Below are positions 58,051 to 64,000 of a DNA stretch of 64,000 bases, in pieces. The notes beneath the pieces are model-generated. The model saw nothing but the letters and a program-made list of their open reading frames with translations, did no database searches and was not told where the DNA came from. The stretch comes from Octopus vulgaris (lineage: Eukaryota), in assembly GCA_951406725.2 (NCBI GenBank), contig OX597824.1, positions 26,908,001 through 26,972,000 on the forward strand, written 5' to 3'. The first letter of the stretch is position 1. Each line of letters begins with the position of its first letter. The position numbers were made by a program, and so were the translations under genes.

Positions 58051-58367
58051 TAACAGCAGCAACAACAGCAACAACAACAGGAATAACTATGATGATGATA
58101 ATGGTGATGATGATGATGATGATGGTAAATGTTTCTGCTATAGGCACAAAGCCTGGAATTTTGGGAAATGTGGTTAATCTTTTAGCATCGTTCGCAGTGC
58201 TCGTCTGCAGCATATTCTGCGGACACCGAAAGAATAAGAATCAAAGTCGATCAGAGCGGGTTTTGAACTCAGGGTGTGAAGACGGAAAAAATTCAATGAT
58301 GATGATGATGATGATGACGACGACGACGACGACGATGATGATAATGATAACAATTCTGCTGCTGCTG

Positions 58368-58446
<79 letters not shown>

Positions 58447-58569
58447 GAATATCATTATCTCTGTTATGTTTGTTGTTATTGTTGTTGTTGTTGTTAATTC
58501 TGTAGATTCTCTGATTTTAATTACCTGTATTTACTATACACTCTGACACAAGTGCACTCATACACAAAC

Positions 58570-58618
<49 letters not shown>

Positions 58619-58729
58619 TTTATATGTACACACAAATATATACGTGTGTAAAGGTGAGTGTAAGTGCGTGCATATTATTTATATATCAACATATACATAC
58701 ATATATACATGTATATATGTATATTTATG

Positions 58730-58766
<37 letters not shown>

Positions 58767-59001
58767 GCATTTGTATATATCACTCTGTACACACTCACAC
58801 AACACACAAAAACACACACACATATATGCATACATGCATACACATACATACATTTGCATACATATGGAATATTTGTGTGTTTGTGAATTGAATTTCAATT
58901 AAAACCGTGGTTTTAATTGCTGACTCAAGTTAATTAAAAGTGTGTAAAACTCAGTTCATTACAACGCGAAAAGGAACACCTAATAGATGCATGAGATAGG
59001 T

Positions 59002-59070
<69 letters not shown>

Positions 59071-59188
59071 GCGATAACAACATGAACACTATTAATAATG
59101 TTAATAATTATCATGATCATCATCACCATTATCATTATTATTATTATTGTTATTATTATTATTGTTATTATTATTATTATTATTATTA

Positions 59189-59235
<47 letters not shown>

Positions 59236-59263
59236 GTTGTTGTTGTTATTATTATTATTATTA

Positions 59264-59351
<88 letters not shown>

Positions 59352-59491
59352 CATTATTATTATTGTTATTATGGCTGTTATAAGCGTAATTATAAATGAA
59401 AGAAATTAATTATCTAAATAAGTTTATGAAGTTATTTTGATAACGAAATACGTTAAAAGCAACAAGAACCACAACAACATCGTCGTCGTCG

Positions 59492-59557
<66 letters not shown>

Positions 59558-60080
59558 ACATCATCACCATCAACAATAACAACAACATCAAAAATAACAA
59601 AAACAAATACAGAATGATATTTATCTGGATTATAATTTTGTTTAGAATCAATATAATTTTGTAATTATATTTCTAAAAGTCTTTCTCATTATTCGCGTAT
59701 TATTATTTATTATATATATTTATAAATACTTATATATATATATATACAAACAGCTAATGGGTTTTAGCTCATTAATAAATTGCCAATATTTATGTATGCA
59801 TGTTTGTATATATGCGTGTATATGTATGTACTCTGTATCTATGCATATATGTATGTATATATATATATATATATATATGTAGATGTGCAGATGTGAAGCA
59901 TGCGTTTTAACATTGGGTTAAAACATGTTATACAAGTTATATATGATTATATACACACACATATACATACAATATTTACGTAAGTATGTATATACACCTC
60001 ATTACTTCATTATAAAGGATTGCGCTAAAGCCGCTGCTAAAATGTATGCTGTACATCTGTATATATACAGTTACCTATAA

Positions 60081-60572
60081 ATACACACAATCTCATATAT
60101 ACACGCGCATAAACATACATACAAAGATGCATGTATGTATACAGACATACATGCATGCATACATACGTACTTACATGCATGCATACATACATTCACACAT
60201 ATACCTACACACAGACATACACACACATGCTCCCATATATGTATTAATACACACAATCTCATATATACACACGCATAAACATACATACAAATATGCATGT
60301 ATGTATACAGACATACATGCATGCATGCATACGTACATACATGCATGCATACATACATTCACACATATACCTACACACAGACATACACACACATGCTCCC
60401 ATATATGTATTAATACACACAATCTCATATATACACGCGCATAAACATACATACAAACATGCATGTATGTATACAGACATACATGCATGCATACATACGT
60501 ACATACATGCATACATACATACATTCACACATATACCTACACACTGACATACACACACATGCTCCCATATAT
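60081..60572. repeat. Tandem repeat, 166-bp period, 3 copies
   Basis: atacacacaatctcatatatacac at 60081, 60247 and 60413. Confidence 0.85.
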
Positions 60573-61159
60573 GTATGGCTACGTAGACACACTGTATATA
60601 TATACATATATATAAATATTCGCACACAAACGACCCTTGGTATATGTATATATGTGTGTGTATGTTAGTGTGTGTATGTGTGTATGCATGTGTGGGAGAG
60701 GGGAGAGGGGAGAGGGGAGAGCGAGACACATACGCATAAATTCATCTGTTAATTATGAAAATTACTCATATATTTAGCAGGTGTTTTCAGTTTCCAAAAT
60801 AAAATTTCTCTGTTTTATAAATATGTATTTGATCACACGCACATCTCTAATACACACATACACACAATCACGGAAGCTCGCACACATACACACTCACACA
60901 CAATCATGCACGACCTTCACCTCCTACACATATACGTACTCCCGTGCACACATATAAGAACCTCTCTCCACTTCATTCACAAATACAACATATACACATA
61001 TAAGACTCAATCACACATTCATATACACTAAACTCATTTTATAATCGTGTATAGCCAACATTGTAGAACTACTGCTAAACCTAAAAAAAATCTAGAAAAT
61101 GTACTCAATACATGCTGTAAAGAATTATTAATTATGGAATTACACGGTTTACATACATA

Positions 61160-61490
61160 CATGCCTGGCAGTGCGATATGAAGTTTGCTTTGCAACCAAA
61201 TGTTTCCGTGATCAGTCTCACTGTGCAGTATCTTCGGCAGGTGTTTCCTACTAAAGCCTCGGGCCCACCGAAGACTTGTGGGTGGGCCAGAAGAAGGAAA
61301 CTGAAAGAAGCCCGTCCTATATTTATACATATGTGTATGTATGTTTCTTCCCTATTACCAACTGACAACCGGTGTTGGTATATTTACGTCCCCGTCGCAT
61401 AACGGTTCATCAACAGAGACTAATAAAATAAGTACCAGGCGTTACAAACATGTAATCAGTACTGGGGTCGATTCGTGTGACGAAATTTCT
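61160..61490 (+). mobile_element. Old diverged SINE-A
   Basis: ggaaactgaaagaagcccgtc and tttacgtccccgt blocks retained. Confidence 0.65.
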
Positions 61491-62094
61491 TGCAGTATAA
61501 TGACTAGGATAGTATGATAGTCCCAATCAACTAGAAATCGAACCCGGATTACTGTACTCGATGCAGTAACAACTAGACAACACGAACGAGATTCAGTCAA
61601 TCATTGATGTCATTAAAAATTATAATGACCACTCAGATATCCGGTAAACAGGATTCCTGTAAACAATTTCATTCTTGACTGCTGTGTTTGATGAGGGTAT
61701 CAGCTTTATGTTTTGCTCGTATCAGCCACAAGCGAACAGAGTCGGAAGCAGCAGTGGCACACGCTTTTAACCGGTCGGTTACGACCGTTTTATGGCCCTA
61801 ACCTAAGAGCCAATGGCAATGACGACGATAACGGAGGTAACACAGCTTGACCAACTAGTTGCTAAAATCTCATGGCATTGGCGTTCATCATTCTTCATCG
61901 CAATAGGATCTCGTACAAACTTTGCGCTATCTCAATAGGATTAAACATTTTTTCCCTTATTCTTAGTAATGACAGTATACAGTTTGCTAACAATGAAAGT
62001 TTAACATCTATACGGAATTTGTGTCCTTTCCATCGACATAAGCTCGCCGTTGATTACAAAAATCGGAAATATTTTATCGTTATAGATTGATATT

Positions 62095-62152
<58 letters not shown>

Positions 62153-62263
62153 TACAGACAGATAGAAAGACAGATACATAGATATATATATATATCTCTC
62201 TCTCTCTCATTATATATATATATATATATATATATACAGACAGACAGATAGAGACAGACAGAC

Positions 62264-62371
<108 letters not shown>

Positions 62372-62844
62372 CAGACACATGATGCCTTGTTGTCAAGTCC
62401 AAAGAGGCCATTTTCCTATAAAGAACTGGATGATAAGTCTAAAATTGAATAAGCATTAAGTCTATAATTATTAGTTCGACAAAATATATATTGTTTCACT
62501 TATGGCTCTTCGGAAATACATACACTATATATTTTATAGTCATGGTATAGAGATGTTTAAAGAAACGGGTCCTCGGCCAGAATTTAGTGTAGGTAACTTT
62601 TGCTGTTCTAGCTTAATCTTTGAAGTTGAAAAGCTCATTCATGTGTTCTCTTTCCTCAGCATTTAATAAACTCCCTTCTTCGTTCCTGAATTTCTTTGAA
62701 CTATTTCTCAAGCAATCCAACAATTAAATATAGAACACCAAAAAACAACAACAGCTGCAGCAGCAGCAGCAGCAACAGCAGCAACAACAACAACCACAAC
62801 AACAACAACAACACAAGCTAAGAAATCACATAAAATAAAATAGA

Positions 62845-62950
62845 CAGGCATGGTCGTGTAGTAAAGAATCTCACTCTGCAACCAAATGGTTTCAGGTTCA
62901 GTCCCATAGCGCAGTGCATAATCTTCTACCATGGACCCTGTGTTAGCCCG

Positions 62951-62989
<39 letters not shown>

Positions 62990-63016
62990 TAGCTAGATAG
63001 ATTGATAGATAGATAG

Positions 63017-63061
<45 letters not shown>

Positions 63062-63258
63062 TGATTGTGTTTGTCCAGCCACTGCATGACAACCGGTGCT
63101 GGTTTATTTGCGTCTTCGTAACTTAGCGATACAATATGTAACATACTTTATTTTTATTAAAAAATAAAAGAAAAGCACTGGTGTCGATTTGTTTGACTAA
63201 ATCCTTCAAGGCGATGCTCCAGCATGGCCGCATTCCAAAAGCTGAAACAAGTAAACGA
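62845..63258 (+). mobile_element. Old diverged SINE-A
   Basis: ggttcagtccca head and aaggcgatgctccagcatggccgca tail. Confidence 0.7.
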
Positions 63259-64000
63259 AAATAGTTATAAAAAAAACAAAAAAAAAATCGTTCTGTGTGG
63301 GAGAAAATAAATAATTCCAACGTTTCATTTCAGTTTTGATGTTGTTATTGTAGTTATCCTTTTTTTTTTTTTTTGCGGCTGATTTAATTATTGTCCGTGA
63401 AAGAACTGTCATGTCCTCTGTACTCAGATGACTTAATCGACTTTAGTTTAAGGTTCAAAATGGCAGCAGCAACAGCAAAAGCGACTAAACAAAATAAGCC
63501 TCTGTCTGTAAGTAAACACGGATAACGTTTCACATCGTGTGATTGAGAAGTTTGATACATGGAAACTACGCTGGAAGTTATTTGGACTGTCTTCTGCACC
63601 TGTTCATATAACCGTGGCTTGTGTACTCGCTAAATACACAAACATGATGCCTCGTTTATCACTGATTCGTTTATCACTCATCCGGGATAATCCGCTATGC
63701 TTATGTGTGAAACATGCTATGCTTAAAACGGATTGATCTGTGATAAGCGTAACAGCGTAAAAACACAATGCTCAGCTACACAAAATCCATTGATTATCGC
63801 TTGTGTTTATATGACCGTGATGTGATGCTACGTAGTTTTTGTCACCAAGGAACAATATATTCGAAGGCGTCTGACTTTAACAAACGACAGAGATATGAGT
63901 ATTCTCTATAAGAAAGGGTAGATAATAAAAGAAATACGTAAGAGTGAAAGCTTTGTAGCCGTGAGCCGCGAGTTGATGTCAATGAAAATACCATTCGTTT

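Noticed and set aside
60081-60572. Regularly spaced repeats as a CRISPR-like array
   Set aside because: Whole units are duplicated with no unique spacers; eukaryotic context with no cas genes.

Overview
AT-rich, extremely microsatellite-dense eukaryotic DNA whose repeat content (tRNA-derived SINEs, compound TA/CA/TATC/TATG/AAT tracts) looks like an octopod cephalopod intergenic or intronic region; the species assignment is inference. No host protein-coding exon is supported, and nearly all ORFs in the track are microsatellite read-throughs. Real content: three tRNA-headed SINE families (about 19, 9 and 4 copies); two 3' fragments of a Tx1/L1-like LINE, both starting in (TATC)n; a 2-kb ORF1-only retroelement; and CR1/L2-like, R4/Dong-like, Tc1/mariner and hAT relics. 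Main discoveries: (1) the ORF1-only element and a second 180-bp truncated copy are inserted at the same nucleotide of the SINE-A tRNA head, each with a 15-bp target-site duplication, suggesting a SINE-targeting site-specific retroelement; (2) about 14 type I hammerhead-ribozyme motifs (5 with intact cores, several with a recurrent CCGA variant core) lie in short Penelope/retrozyme-like units, often with terminal inversions; (3) SINE-B shares its 3' tail with the Tx1-like LINE. All alignments and folds were done by eye.
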